NCBI GenBank assembly: GCA_973895155.1 | Contig: OZ316899.1 | Coordinates: 2,811,455-2,875,454 of the forward strand | DNA length: 64,000 bases | Direction: 5' to 3' | Source: Marsupella aquatica | Lineage: Eukaryota > Plantae > Marchantiophyta | Part shown: piece by piece, positions 1 through 10,816 of the stretch | Position numbering within the stretch: the stretch's first letter is position 1 | Layout: each line of letters opens with the position of its first letter | Translations under genes and position numbers: made by a program | The notes under the pieces: model-generated | The model's database searches: none | What the model was told of the DNA's origin: nothing | Seen by the model: only the letters and a program-made list of their open reading frames with translations

Positions 1-410
1 CAATCAAAAAGGCGAGCGGATGGCAGCGTCCGTGAATTCCAAAAAGGTAAACGTGAGTGAATGGCCCGCAGTGCCATCGGCTCCTTTCTTATGGGGGTGC
101 CTGGACAAGCCCGAGCGTGAGAAGGTCAGGCCGTTTGGTCATTGATAACGAGCTGAAGTCGGCGTCTCGGTCCAAGCGTGATTCTTCTAACTGATTTTTA
201 CTCCGCTGCCGCCACCGTACCTCGGTCGTGCGTAATAATCCCTTTCCTGAACTCGTAATTATTTGGTTATCTTAACCTACTCCTAATCTAATCATAATGG
301 CAACTTGACGGCTATACGTGCTATTCTACGCTATGGCTACGGTCCTAATGACCGTATAAGTCCTAATCTACGACCTGGGTTCGGTCAAGTGACACGTTAC
401 CCGTGTCACA
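1..410 (-). repeat. Element A 3' LTR (first 410 bp only)
   Basis: Matches 9913-10322; begins TGTGAC on the minus strand immediately after the PPT. Confidence 0.95.
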
Positions 411-1319
411 TAGCTCCCTACTTAAGTGTGAAGCGTCCTCGCGAACATCATTACGCTCGTTGTCCTGATGAAAGTACCTCTTCACACGATCGTAACTAAC
501 TCGATTGGGAAAGAGGTCGCCGGCGTACGTCAATAGTTGTAGGGATCCGTTCAGGTACATCTGCTGGACAACGAAAGGTCCTAGCCAGCGTGTGTGTAAC
601 TTTCCTGGAAAGTACATGTACCTACTGTTGTACAGAAGGACAAGATCTCCCGCAGTGATGTCCACCTGGCGCAGTCCCTTGTCGTGATGTTTCTTCGTTG
701 CTTCTTGCTTAGCTGCCACGCGTTGCGATGCCCACAATCTGTGTTCTTCTAGACTATCGATCTTATATGCTCGATCGGACGAACTAGCGGCCTCCGATAG
801 TCTGTGGCGGATGCGCACCCGGGGGGTCTCGACCTCAAACTTGACGGGTACTAGCGCATGTTGTCCGAATACCAAGAAATACGGACTATGGTTTGTAGTG
901 GTCTTGAACGCCAAGTTGTACGAATAGACCGCCGCGAAAAGCTTGTCGTCCCAGTCTGTTTTGTGGGCTGCCACGGTTTTGTTGAGGATTTTCCCTACAA
1001 TGCCATTAGCCCGCTCTGCTAGTCCGTTACATTTGGGATGATAAGGAGTAGTCTTCCTGTGCTTGACGAGGTAACGGTCAGTCAGTTTTTCCACCGTTTC
1101 GTTCAAAAAATGAGTCCCGCGGTCGCTGACTAATTCCAAGGGAGGTCCGAAGCGGGTGAAGATCTGTTCGTACAGGAACCTGGCAGTGGTGGCCGCGTCA
1201 TCCTTGACCGTTGCCCGGGCCTCGACCCATTTAGTCGAGTAGTCGATAGCCAGAAGGATGTACCAGCAACGCCGACCTTGGGTTACCGGAGTGAATGGTC
1301 CGATATAATCGTGCCCCAT
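363..1319 (-). pseudogene. pol: Element A integrase core and C-terminus (frameshifted from the upstream pol ORF)
   Basis: DYIGP...AIDYSTKW...VSDRGTHF...E (DDE) and GPF motif. A 1-nt deletion near 1319 separates it from 1283-5305. The frame runs through the PPT into the LTR. Confidence 0.93.
411..423 (-). other. Polypurine tract of element A (AAGTAGGGAGCTA)
   Basis: Purine-rich tract abutting the TG start of the 3' LTR; near-identical to the PPT of B and C. Confidence 0.85.
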
Positions 1320-4300
1320 TTCTCAAACGGGGCAAGGGGAAAGATTGGAGTTAGAGGATGATTACCCGATCTGCGAGGTTTGCCTGCGCGCTGACATAAG
1401 TCACACCCTCGGATAAAATGGGCTACGTCGTGATGAAGCGTGGGCCACCAATAACCTGCGTCCAAGATTTTGTGAGCCGTGGTGACCGGGGCGAAGTGTC
1501 CTCCTGCCTCTTCCTCGTGCATAGCTCGCATGACAATGATCGTCTTGTTATAGTCTAGGCATCTGCGGATTTTCCCATCGACGCCTTCCTTATGCAGATG
1601 TCCGCGGATCATCATGTATGGTGCGGCCTTGCGGAGAAAGACCGACGCGGCCTCTTGGTTTATGTTACTTGGAATGCGGGCCGTTAAGAGGAAGGTGATT
1701 AGGTCCCCATACCATGTTGGTTGGTCCGTTTCTACGCGGAATAACTCCTCATCCGGGAATGCATCATCGACAGGTGCGTCGTCCGACTCCCCTTCGATCC
1801 TTGAGAAGAAGTCCGCATTTACGTGAGCTTTCCCTGGTCGCACCCTGACTTCGTAGTTAAATTCTTGGAGCAGCAGGACCCAACGGGCTATTCTCCCTGT
1901 TAAGTCTGCTTTGTTTACCATGTACTTCAGGCTGTCATGGTCAGTATGGAATACTACCTTATACCCCAATAGATAATGGCGAAACTTTTTACACGAGTAG
2001 ATGATTCCCAAGGCCTCCCGATCGGTGGGCAAATAGTTTTTCTCTACGGCAAACAGTTGTCGACTTGCAAAGTAAATGGGGTGGTCACGTTTTTCGTCGT
2101 CCAGTTGGCTTAGGACTGAGCCGATGCAGAACCCAGACACGTCGACATACACATGGAACTCCTTGTTCCAATCGGGGGTAGTCAGAATCGGAGCCATCAT
2201 GAGCTGGTTTTTTAGTTCGTCAAAGGCTGATTTTCGACGGGGAGTCATTTCTATGACCGCGTCTTGCTTCATCATTTCCATAAGGGGTAGGGCTATCTTA
2301 GCAAAATCCTGAATGAATCGTCGGTAGTATCCTACGCAGCCTAAGAAGGATCGCACCGCCTTCTGGTCCGCTGGGTAAGGGACGTTCATCCATGCGGCCA
2401 CCTTCTCCTGGTCCACCTCGATCCCCCGTTTGGACACTCGGTGTCCAAGTAGCACTCCTTCCGTTACCCCGAAGAAGCATTTGCCCGGGTGTAATTTCAA
2501 CCCTACTTCCCGGCACCGCTCCAAAGTCCGCCTCAGATGTTCTGGGTGCTGGGCGATTGTTCCAAAGATGGCAAAATCGTCTATGAACACCTCCAAAAAT
2601 TCTCGTAAGAAGTCATGAAAAATATTCATAATGATTTGCTGGAACATAGCCGGGGCATTGCATAAGCCAAAGGGCATCCGCCTGAACGCGTAGGTTCCCC
2701 ACTCGGTTATGAATGTGGTTTTGAGCTGGTCCGATAGTCTGATCCAAATCTGGTTATAACCTGAATATCCATCTAGGAACGTGTACACCTCATTTCGGGC
2801 TACCATGTCAAGGACCATATCCGTGTAAGGTAGCGGGTAATGGTCTTTCCGAGTAGTGTCGTTGAGCTTCCGATAGTCTTGGCATATTCGAATTTTAGGT
2901 TTACCATCAGGCCCTACCTTCTTAGGAACCACCACAATGGGGGAGACCCATTCGCTAGATAAGACGGGGTAGATGATGTCCGCCACGATCAGTTGATCCA
3001 ACTCCTCCTTTACCAAGACGGAATGTATTGGGTTTAGTCTTCGTTGCCTTTCTCGGACAGCATGAGCACCCAAGTTTAGATCGATGACGTGTTCGCCATA
3101 GGCTGGTGAAATCCCGGTTAAGTCTCGGTGACTCCATGCGAAGACGTCCTCATATTCCGATAGGAGTTCTTGGATGGCCTTTTCCTCTGGCGCTCGTAGG
3201 CCATAACCGACGTTGAATGTTCTCTCCCTCTTGGTGGTGTACCTGCCATAGGATTCCTTGCGGATTACCTCCACATGGTCTCTGGTGGCCCGGTCAAGGT
3301 GAGCTTCCAATTCCTCTAGTCTGGTGCCATCGTAGGCCACAGGTTCCCAGACTGTCGGCTGGTCCTTTGGGAGTTCCTTGGGTTCCTTTATTACGGACAG
3401 AATCTCGGGGCTCCAGGTAACCTTTTTCTTTGCGGGAGGAGTGACGGTCTGAGTAGCGTTTTCCTCGGGTATACCGGGTAAGGCCAGCCGGCCAACTGCC
3501 TTCGTAGGGCTCACCCTGCCGGGGAATGCTCCGCCCGTTGCCGCATCATCTCCTTCTGGTTTCCCGGGTGCTTCGATTTGGGCCGCTGGTCTGGGCTGGT
3601 TCAGAATATGGGCTTCTCGGACGGCATTTACCCCGAAGACTTCCTCTTCATCCAGGCGAGAGATTAACTCCACCATATTCACCTCTTCTTCTGAGATGTC
3701 CTCCTCCGAGTCATATTCTTCGGGTCCCTGGGGCGTCTCGCCCTGGTAGTCTTCTTCCTTCCAGGACACCGTCGTAGTCGGGTTACCGAATTGTAATTCC
3801 TTCCTTCCCCAGTCGGTAACGACTCGGGCACCGTATAACCAGGGTCTGCCCAGCAGTACTGGATAAGAAGAGGGTCGGACGGGTCGCATCACCAGGTAAT
3901 TTAGAAAGAACTCGAGGCCTCCAATCCACGTGGATATCTTGGTTAACGTCCCCAGTGGCATGATCCTAGCGCCGTTTGCTAACCGAATGGCGCGCGCCGT
4001 GGGTTGATAAGATGTATATCCCAACCTTACGGAAGTGTCCTCTGTCATGATGTTTACACCGGACCCACCGTCTATCAGTACAAACCGAACAGTACAGCCC
4101 GCTATCTCGATAGAGACTTCCGGCGCTCCTAAGTCCTGGTAAATCATCATACAGTCGGCTAAGGTGCTTACCCGAGGTAGCCGTCGCCTCCTCTTTCCTA
4201 TCAGCATCTCCTTGAGTTGTTGCCTATACTTCGGGTTATCCTGCAATAGTTGTCCGACAGTGGCTGTGGCTGCACAGTTCTGAACATCCTTTTTGATGTC

Positions 4301-5305
4301 GTATTGGTTAGACGGTGGGGTCGCAGATTTTACTGCTTCTGCTCCCTTGACTTCAGTTTGCAAGGCAGTCTCAACTTCCTCGGCTTCTTCGGCCGCCTTA
4401 GCATTGGCAATATCCTTCTTAATGGCTTTCTTGTGCTCTTGGGCTTCGTAGGCTTCCAATTGCTTTTTGACCAGTTCCTCTACTCGTGGGTAGAATAACT
4501 TCGGGTTATCCCGCTGGTAGTCTTCCAGCTCGTCTGGTTCCATTGGACTATTCTTGTCTGCGACCGCCTCTTTCTGCTGGGCATCCTTCCGATCTCGTTC
4601 TTTGTACTTATCCTTCTTGCGGGATGATCGGGTAGAAACGCGATAGCACTCATCGTCCGCGTGCGTTCCCGTTTGCTCGACTGCCTCTATGAGATCGATC
4701 CATTCGGTGGAGTCGTCCTGCCATTCCATTGTTACCATTTGTACTACTGCATCCATAATTGGTGGGGCCGCAGGTTGAGCAGCTTTGACGGCGCCGGCCT
4801 TCGCGGCTAGCACCAAGGGGCAGTTTGACGTGGAATGTGCTTCGGTTCGACAGACCTGGCACAATGGAAGCACTCTCCCATCCCCTTGCTTCCTTTGCTC
4901 CGTGCACTCTCGGGCAAAGTGACCAGGTTTCTCGCAATTATAGCAAACCGGGGTCCGCCAAACTCCGGGTTTAGGTGGGATACTTGGATTGCTGACCATC
5001 TGGGGGCCACGCCCATTTACCGGATACGGATAAGGGGTATGGAACCCTGGATTGTGGCCGCTTAGGGTGCGAGGTCCCGTCATACTCATCTGGAACACCG
5101 CCTCTCCTGGATCCTCGAAGAAGTACTCCATCGTGCATCCCTCTGGCTCGGACTGTCCGGGCTCCAACTCCATCTGGTGCACGCGAGTGTTCCATCTTGG
5201 ACATTCTTGCACCACATGTCCCGACTGATAACACTTGGAGCACCAAGCATGCGCTCGGATTTCCGGTGGTTTCTTCTTGTCCGGAGGTTTTTCCGCCAAG
5301 TGCAC
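1283..5305 (-). CDS. pol: Element A polyprotein: three CCHC knuckles, aspartic protease, RT, RNase H, integrase zinc finger
   Basis: CSKCYQSGHVVQEC, CYNCEKPGHFAREC, CQVCRTEAHSTSNC; protease VLIDGGSG; RT KDHYPLP...MPFGLCNAP...FIDD; RNase H YVDVSG...TDH; IN HMEEAGGHF...CDLC. Confidence 0.95.
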   Translation of the reverse strand: MHLAEKPPDKKKPPEIRAHAWCSKCYQSGHVVQECPRWNTRVHQMELEPGQSEPEGCTMEYFFEDPGEAVFQMSMTGPRTLSGHNPGFHTPYPYPVNGRGPQMVSNPSIPPKPGVWRTPVCYNCEKPGHFARECTEQRKQGDGRVLPLCQVCRTEAHSTSNCPLVLAAKAGAVKAAQPAAPPIMDAVVQMVTMEWQDDSTEWIDLIEAVEQTGTHADDECYRVSTRSSRKKDKYKERDRKDAQQKEAVADKNSPMEPDELEDYQRDNPKLFYPRVEELVKKQLEAYEAQEHKKAIKKDIANAKAAEEAEEVETALQTEVKGAEAVKSATPPSNQYDIKKDVQNCAATATVGQLLQDNPKYRQQLKEMLIGKRRRRLPRVSTLADCMMIYQDLGAPEVSIEIAGCTVRFVLIDGGSGVNIMTEDTSVRLGYTSYQPTARAIRLANGARIMPLGTLTKISTWIGGLEFFLNYLVMRPVRPSSYPVLLGRPWLYGARVVTDWGRKELQFGNPTTTVSWKEEDYQGETPQGPEEYDSEEDISEEEVNMVELISRLDEEEVFGVNAVREAHILNQPRPAAQIEAPGKPEGDDAATGGAFPGRVSPTKAVGRLALPGIPEENATQTVTPPAKKKVTWSPEILSVIKEPKELPKDQPTVWEPVAYDGTRLEELEAHLDRATRDHVEVIRKESYGRYTTKRERTFNVGYGLRAPEEKAIQELLSEYEDVFAWSHRDLTGISPAYGEHVIDLNLGAHAVRERQRRLNPIHSVLVKEELDQLIVADIIYPVLSSEWVSPIVVVPKKVGPDGKPKIRICQDYRKLNDTTRKDHYPLPYTDMVLDMVARNEVYTFLDGYSGYNQIWIRLSDQLKTTFITEWGTYAFRRMPFGLCNAPAMFQQIIMNIFHDFLREFLEVFIDDFAIFGTIAQHPEHLRRTLERCREVGLKLHPGKCFFGVTEGVLLGHRVSKRGIEVDQEKVAAWMNVPYPADQKAVRSFLGCVGYYRRFIQDFAKIALPLMEMMKQDAVIEMTPRRKSAFDELKNQLMMAPILTTPDWNKEFHVYVDVSGFCIGSVLSQLDDEKRDHPIYFASRQLFAVEKNYLPTDREALGIIYSCKKFRHYLLGYKVVFHTDHDSLKYMVNKADLTGRIARWVLLLQEFNYEVRVRPGKAHVNADFFSRIEGESDDAPVDDAFPDEELFRVETDQPTWYGDLITFLLTARIPSNINQEAASVFLRKAAPYMMIRGHLHKEGVDGKIRRCLDYNKTIIVMRAMHEEEAGGHFAPVTTAHKILDAGYWWPTLHHDVAHFIRGCDLCQRAGKPRRSGNHPLTPIFPLAPFEKWGTIISDHSLR

Positions 5306-5386
5306 CGATAGTGCCTTCAGCCGGTCTGTGATTTCGTTCAGCTTTTCTACCTCCGCAGCCTTTGGGTCCGTGGTGACGACTTTGGC

Positions 5387-6370
5387 TCACGGTTTATGTT
5401 TACTTGTATCTGACCGTGATCCCTTCTTTCTTCTGTGGTCTCGAGACTCTGACTCGGTCTCGCTGGAGGATGAGCCAGTTGACGTCGGGCTACTGGACAG
5501 GGAATTACTAGACTCTGAATCAGAGTCTGACGAAGAGCTGGTCCGGCCCTTCTTCTTATGTCGTCGTTTCTTCTTCCTCTTCTTCTCGTCGTACTCAGAG
5601 TCGGAGTCGCTGAAGGTATGATACCTCCTGCTCTTCTTATGTTTGGTCCTCCTATTAAGCTGAGAGGCGTAGTGCAATTCCCTGAAGGATTCGGCACTAT
5701 CAATTGCTTGTTGTAGAGTGGTGGTCTTCTTTTCTAGCACCGAGAACGCCATCCTCTGGGGTAGCGCGTTGACGAACCATTTCCTCAGCAGAGAGTCATC
5801 TGGCTTAGGCCGAATCTTGGCGGCAACCTTCTGGAACCGCTGCAGAAATTTGCGAAGTGAGTCATGCTTACCCATTTGCATTCGCCCGATTTTTGACAGG
5901 GCCCGAGATTCGATCCCGACGGGCCAAAATTCTTGCAAGAACGCCGTTTGGAACTGGCCCCATGTACAACCCGGGGGTTGTAAGTTATACCACGGGTGCG
6001 CTTCTCCTCGTAGTACGCCTGGAAGAATGGTTAGCTTAATGGCTTCCTCACCATTCGCCTTGGCCGTGGCCTCGAACTCAGCTATCCATTCATCAAGGTC
6101 GTCTGTGGGTCGTCCCTTAAAGGGTCGATAGTGAAACCGGGATCGCTGCGACACGTTCTGAGCCGCAGGGGGCCGCAACGCACCTGGTACCTGCGGGGCT
6201 GGTGGAACCGGTGGAGTTCCTCCCGCGATCGGTGCTTGGGTACCCATCACAACACGCGATCCTGCTTGGAAAGCCGAGCTCCCCGCTTCGCCGGTCGCGG
6301 TATTCTCTTCCAACCTTGATGCTCCGTCCGGTTGTTGTAAATACACAGAACGTGACCGGGTAAGGGGCAT
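5387..6370 (-). CDS. gag: Element A gag capsid region
   Basis: Retrotrans_gag-like segment (LRGEAHPWY...TWGQFQTAFLQEF), homologous to gag of B and C. Its TGA at 5387-5389 is in frame with ORF 1283-5305 (27 codons apart), so this is probably a single gag-pol with a nonsense lesion. Confidence 0.9.
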   Translation of the reverse strand: MPLTRSRSVYLQQPDGASRLEENTATGEAGSSAFQAGSRVVMGTQAPIAGGTPPVPPAPQVPGALRPPAAQNVSQRSRFHYRPFKGRPTDDLDEWIAEFEATAKANGEEAIKLTILPGVLRGEAHPWYNLQPPGCTWGQFQTAFLQEFWPVGIESRALSKIGRMQMGKHDSLRKFLQRFQKVAAKIRPKPDDSLLRKWFVNALPQRMAFSVLEKKTTTLQQAIDSAESFRELHYASQLNRRTKHKKSRRYHTFSDSDSEYDEKKRKKKRRHKKKGRTSSSSDSDSESSNSLSSSPTSTGSSSSETESESRDHRRKKGSRSDTSKHKP

Positions 6371-6450
6371 GCCCCTTCCTTCACGTCGAGTACAAAATCA
6401 AAAGTTACTAGCTCACTACACGGCTCCACTCGTAAGGCAAAATGAGTGCC

Positions 6451-6467
6451 CCCTCCATCTAGCGCCA
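6451..6467 (-). other. Primer-binding site of element A (TGGCGCTAGATGGAGGG; probably tRNA-Asn)
   Basis: TGG-initiated 17-mer upstream of gag, identical to the PBS of B and C. One mismatch to the plant tRNA-Asn 3' end as I recall it (tRNA identity from memory). Confidence 0.8.
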
Positions 6468-6484
6468 AAAAACCGGTCGCCGTA

Positions 6485-9400
6485 TGTCGCACCCCTACCC
6501 TGGGCCTTAAATCCGGGTTAGTGTCGTGGTGCGACCTCGACCACCAGTAGGGGTGAGGGTTCGGGCAAGGAGGTGTGTAGTGACCTTCAATAGCCCTAAG
6601 TCGGGCTAAGCCGCTATACTTACTGGTATAACACTCGCATAATTCGTACTTGTCATAGGTATATTTATTTTCCACCGCTGGAATTTTCCCTCAGTTAGTG
6701 ACCCGGACTAACTCCCGACTTGGGGCTTTTCAAGCCATCGACGTGACAGGACCTTGTGACATGCAATGAGCGGCAATCCCTACCATTAGTCCGCACCCGG
6801 TACGTCCCTTAAAATGGCGCCTTTGCCCGGACAAAGCATACACACAACACCAGTTACTCTCAGAAACATTAAGGGGAAAAGACTACATTTACTCAGCGAA
6901 GCATCAGTTTACATGGTTGACTCGACTTCAAAGGGGGTCAACAGGCCCAACGGCAGTCGATGCCCAGTCTCTACGAGGCCCTGCCTCGCACTTGCCCAGC
7001 AAGCTCGACTCTGGCTCTCACTCCTTGGTACGCTCTGACCCTACTCAGGCCGGGACTCCCCGTGCCTCGCCTTTCTTCTGCTGAGATAACTAAGCCTTCT
7101 CCCCCTTCCCATCGCGGAAGGGGAAGCCTAAATACTACCATAGCGGAAGAGAACCGGAGGATACTACCTTCCGGGGTACTACCTATTGACTAACTAACTG
7201 CTGACTACCGGTTGCGCTACACTGACCGGTTGACCATCGACTACGAGTGTGCCAACCGGAATGGCAGCGGCCAAGCCTACTGACAAACTCAAGTCCGTTG
7301 ATGGACTCAATCCTACGTTGGCTGATCCTAACTGACCGGCCCTAATTCTTCCTACTGCCGCTAATCGGTGCCTAATGACAGTCATTCTGTCGTTACGCCT
7401 AACTAAAAGATGCCGCTGACTTAACCGCTTCGCGCGGCGCCTGCTTCTACCCTTCGCTAACTACCCCTTACGTGTGTGTAGTGGTTGGACCAGGGCTGGT
7501 CCCCTTGTCGGGGCGAGACCTCGAGCCGCCTTGATCAGAGGTGGGCCCAGGTTTTCCCCGCTGGAGGACGAGCAGGGTGACGCGGTCCTGCAAAGCCTTG
7601 TTGTCCCGTAATGCTTCCTCCGCCTCGTTTGCAGCTTCGTCGGCTTCAGTCTGGAGCCGCGCCACCTCCAAGTTGAGCTGGTCGATGGCGTCGCGATGGA
7701 CCTGGTCCTGCGCTAGCAATTTATCTCGTTCGGCGGAGAGACTAGCCACCTGCTGTGCTGCCTGCAGGAATTGTTTGTTGAGGTCGGTCAGGCTGGTAAC
7801 CCGAGCCGAAGATTCTGAGCGTAATTGAAGCACGGTGTCGTCCAGCTTCTTGAGTTCGGCCTGCGCTCCGCTTAACTCCTGGGTTAGTCCGTCCCTCTGT
7901 TCGACAGTGCGGACTAAATCCTTGCGGCGGGTCGTTGCCTCCTCCTCGAGGTGCTCTACCAGCATCTAGAGACGCCCGATCTCATTCCCCTTCGCCATGA
8001 GTTCTTCTTCCAAGCGGCTGACGATCCGTGGTTGGTGCTCTAACATGAAGAAGGCTGGCTGAAAGTACGCCGAGACTTGTTGTCCGATGTATGTCGCCAA
8101 CTCCCCAGACATAGTCTGGCTAAACTTCTGGACCAGGTCGTAGGCCATGGTCCCCGGGGCTACTTGGTAGTCCTCCATCCTCTCGGGTACCGGTGGTTCC
8201 TCGGCAGGGGCAACGAGCTCCTCCGTAGTCAGCGCTGGGGAGGGGAAGGTTTCTTCAGGTGGTGGAGGGATTGGGGGTGGTTGTACTGCAGGTAGCGGAG
8301 GCTCAACGGAAGGAGGCGGTGGAATTTCCACAGGGGGCGGTTGCGGAGTATTAGTCGGGGCTTCCGGCTTGGGGTTTGTCCGAGGGACAGTAGTCCGCGT
8401 AGTCGGGGTTGCCTCCTTTGGGGCGGGGGTGACATTACCCGGGGCTGAGGTGGCCGTATTCTTTCCTCTGGCCTCCCGCCGTGCCTTGTACCAGGCGAGG
8501 ATAATGGCGATATGACTCCCCAAGTAAGTCTTTCCTCCAATAGCCATACCACCCTGAGCCCGCTTCAGCTCCCCCGAGAATCTTCGGTAGAAGAATTGGG
8601 CCCAATTTCGTCGTTTGTACTGTTCCACCTGCACTATCGTGCAGTGGGAAATCTCGGATCGTGGCTCAATCATGTGTAGGGTAGTCCGTATGAAGTTAAG
8701 CCGCTCCATACAAGTTAAGTTGGTGCATGCCCCTTGCTTGTATCCGTTGTCCGTCTTACCCTCGGGTTTGAAGTGCCACGGCGTATACTCCTTATCCCGA
8801 ATTCGGATTTCCACAGGCACCGGCCCGGTTGGTAGGCCAAAAATTTGCATTAACCGATGCTCCGTGAGTGATAAGGTCTGCCCCGAAACCTTGGTGGTTG
8901 ACGCATCAGTGTCGAAATTGGAGATGAACTCACAAATCTCCTTCGGCCCGGCGGCGCACGGCCTCCATAGTAAGTGGGCGAACCGCTCCAACTGATGCTC
9001 CTTGAGATAGTCCGCATGTTCGAGTTTCTTGATCGCGATCCAGACTACCTCGGGGACGCGGATTACCTGTAATAAGTTGGACTTCGGGTTATCCGGGGGC
9101 CGTCGGGTCTGGTTGGTCGGGGGGTTTGCCGGGGCAGGTGCAGGCGCGGCGTCGGTCCGTGTTGATTCGGGGGCCGTCGTAGTCCTTGACCGCTTACGAG
9201 GACGTTGTTCGAGTTGCGGACTAGCTCGCTCGGAACCCGAAGAACACTCCGCGTTGATTACTGGACGGACTTGGGACTGGTTCGGCGGTACTCCGGTGGT
9301 CATCGGTTGAGGCGCTGGGGTAGCCATATCCCAGTTGAAGGCGTTGGAGCTTTCCCCAAGGAACGTGAGATTACGCGCCGCTTCCCGTTGTTTGCTGATG

Positions 9401-10322
9401 TCTTCTTGGCACTTTTTGGCTGCGATCTGCTGGTCTAGGTACCCCGGAATCTTGTCGAACTCCGCTTGAGTAAGCCGCTGGTTGCCCTTCAGCTTAAAGA
9501 ACTTAGCTGGAACCTCAAGAATCGCCTCTGCTACCGATCTAAGCCCTTCCTCGCTGAGATATAGTTCGGTGATGTAGTCTCACAGCTCGTTATAGCTAGA
9601 ATCCCTGGTGATGGCTGTCCTTTCGCAATTAACCAGTGCTACCTTGGTTACCAGCTTCGCGTACCTTTGTTCGTAAGCGGCTTTCTCGGGGCAAGAGTAC
9701 CAATAAGTCTCGGAGAACTTAGCACCTACCTCGCCAAACAAGGTCCAAAATCCCAAGGCTGTGAGGGTCATACTAACCTCGTAGTCCGGTTCGTTGCGTC
9801 CACGTTCCCACCTGGCTGGTCCTTTTTTGTGGAGGCCTCGCTCGTCCTGACTAAATCTCGCCACATTCCGCTCTTCTCCCTCGATAATTTCCTCGTAAAG
9901 GTCGACTGGATTCAATCAAAAAGGCGAGCGGATGGCAGCGTCCATGAATTCCAAAAAGGTAAACGTGAGCGAATGGCCCGTAGTGCCATCGGCTCCTCTC
10001 TTATGGGGGTGCCCGGACGAGCCCGAGCGTGAGAAGGTCAGGCCGTTTGGTCATTGATAACGAGCTGAAGTCGGCGTCTCGGTCCAAGCATGATTCTTCT
10101 AACTGATTTTTACTCCGCTGCCGCCACCGTACCTCGGTCGTGCGTAATAATCCCTTTCCTGAACTCGTAATTATTCGGTTATCTTAACCTACTCCTAATC
10201 TAATCATAATGGCAACTTGACGGCTATACGTGCTATTCTACGCTATGGCTACGGTCCTAATGACCGTATAAGTCCTAATCTACGACCTGGGTTCAGTCAA
10301 GTGACACGTTACCCGTGTCACA
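6485..10322 (-). repeat. Element A 5' LTR (~3.8 kb)
   Basis: Start fixed by the match to 1-410 and the PPT junction; end fixed by the PBS. The nearest CA end is at 6485 (exact end uncertain, 6473-6485). Confidence 0.85.
7468..9915 (-). pseudogene. LTR-embedded ORF of element A (~816 codons, two in-frame stops): conserved plant-transposon-type domain, Pro-rich linker, coiled coil
   Basis: ORFs 9580-9915, 7966-9327 and 7468-7965 share one frame, interrupted only by TGA (9580-9582) and TAG (7966-7968). Motif EFISNFD...TKVSGQTLSLTEHRLMQIFGLP. Confidence 0.85.
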
Positions 10323-10747
10323 GTATGACTCAGTCAGAATGAGTCATTTTGCTATTTGTGTGTCGCATTAACTTGTGTGAAGAGTGCCCACATCAACCAA
10401 AAGGAAGGAAAGTAAGCAGGGGAGTGAGAGTTGGATGTGTCGAGCTGAGAGAGGTCTTAGCGGCTTAACCAAGCCTATTGGGGATCATTCCGGCGGCGGA
10501 ATCCAAACATACCTAACAAGACGAAGGGGAAGACAGGGGAAGGCCTAGATTAGGCCGGCTACGTATCTCATGACCCGATGAAGGATCTGTCCAGTATATG
10601 TGTGTAAAATGTTAATAGTAGTAGTAGAAGGTTAGCATCGTCCCATGCCGCTAAGCCGCGGAAACGGCCTCGCCAAGCGCGAAACCTGCGGGAATCGGCT
10701 TGAGCTGGGGGGTTTCTTGGGTTTAGAGAGCCATGGGATGCACCACA
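10323..10747 (+). repeat. Element B 5' LTR, 3'-terminal 425 bp
   Basis: Direct repeat of 21210-21637; ends CACCACA before the PBS. Confidence 0.93.
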
Positions 10748-10751
10748 TTTT

Positions 10752-10768
10752 TGGCGCTAGATGGAGGG
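10752..10768 (+). other. PBS of element B (probably tRNA-Asn)
   Basis: TGGCGCTAGATGGAGGG, 4 nt after the LTR end. Confidence 0.85.
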
Positions 10769-10816
10769 GGCATTTCTTAAGCCGTGAGATATGAAGTTAG
10801 AACGGAAGCGTAGGTA

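Larger units (their letters stand above)
1..10322 (-). mobile_element. Element A: Ty3/Gypsy LTR retrotransposon, non-chromovirus (Athila-like); 3' LTR runs off the left edge
   Basis: 1-410 is a near-identical direct repeat of 9913-10322. PPT at 411-423, PBS at 6451-6467, gag-PR-RT-RH-IN order, TG start at 10322. Right flank GTATG (10323-10327) lies inside element B's LTR sequence. Confidence 0.95.

Noticed and set aside
5387-5389. In-frame TGA in A gag as programmed readthrough
   Set aside because: B reads through the equivalent region without a stop, the context is not a known readthrough motif, and CGA-to-TGA decay is simpler.
6451-6467. The PBS TGGCGCTAG shares 8 nt (GGCGCTAG) with the arm of the cassette palindrome
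   Set aside because: The PBS is explained by a tRNA 3' end, is not palindromic, and an 8-nt overlap can be chance. No evidence of a functional link.
10326-10346. Inverted TGACTCA...TGAGTCA (GCN4/AP-1-like) pair next to the A insertion site
   Set aside because: The second half is mutated in C (GGAGTCA), such short motifs are common, and one insertion cannot show targeting.
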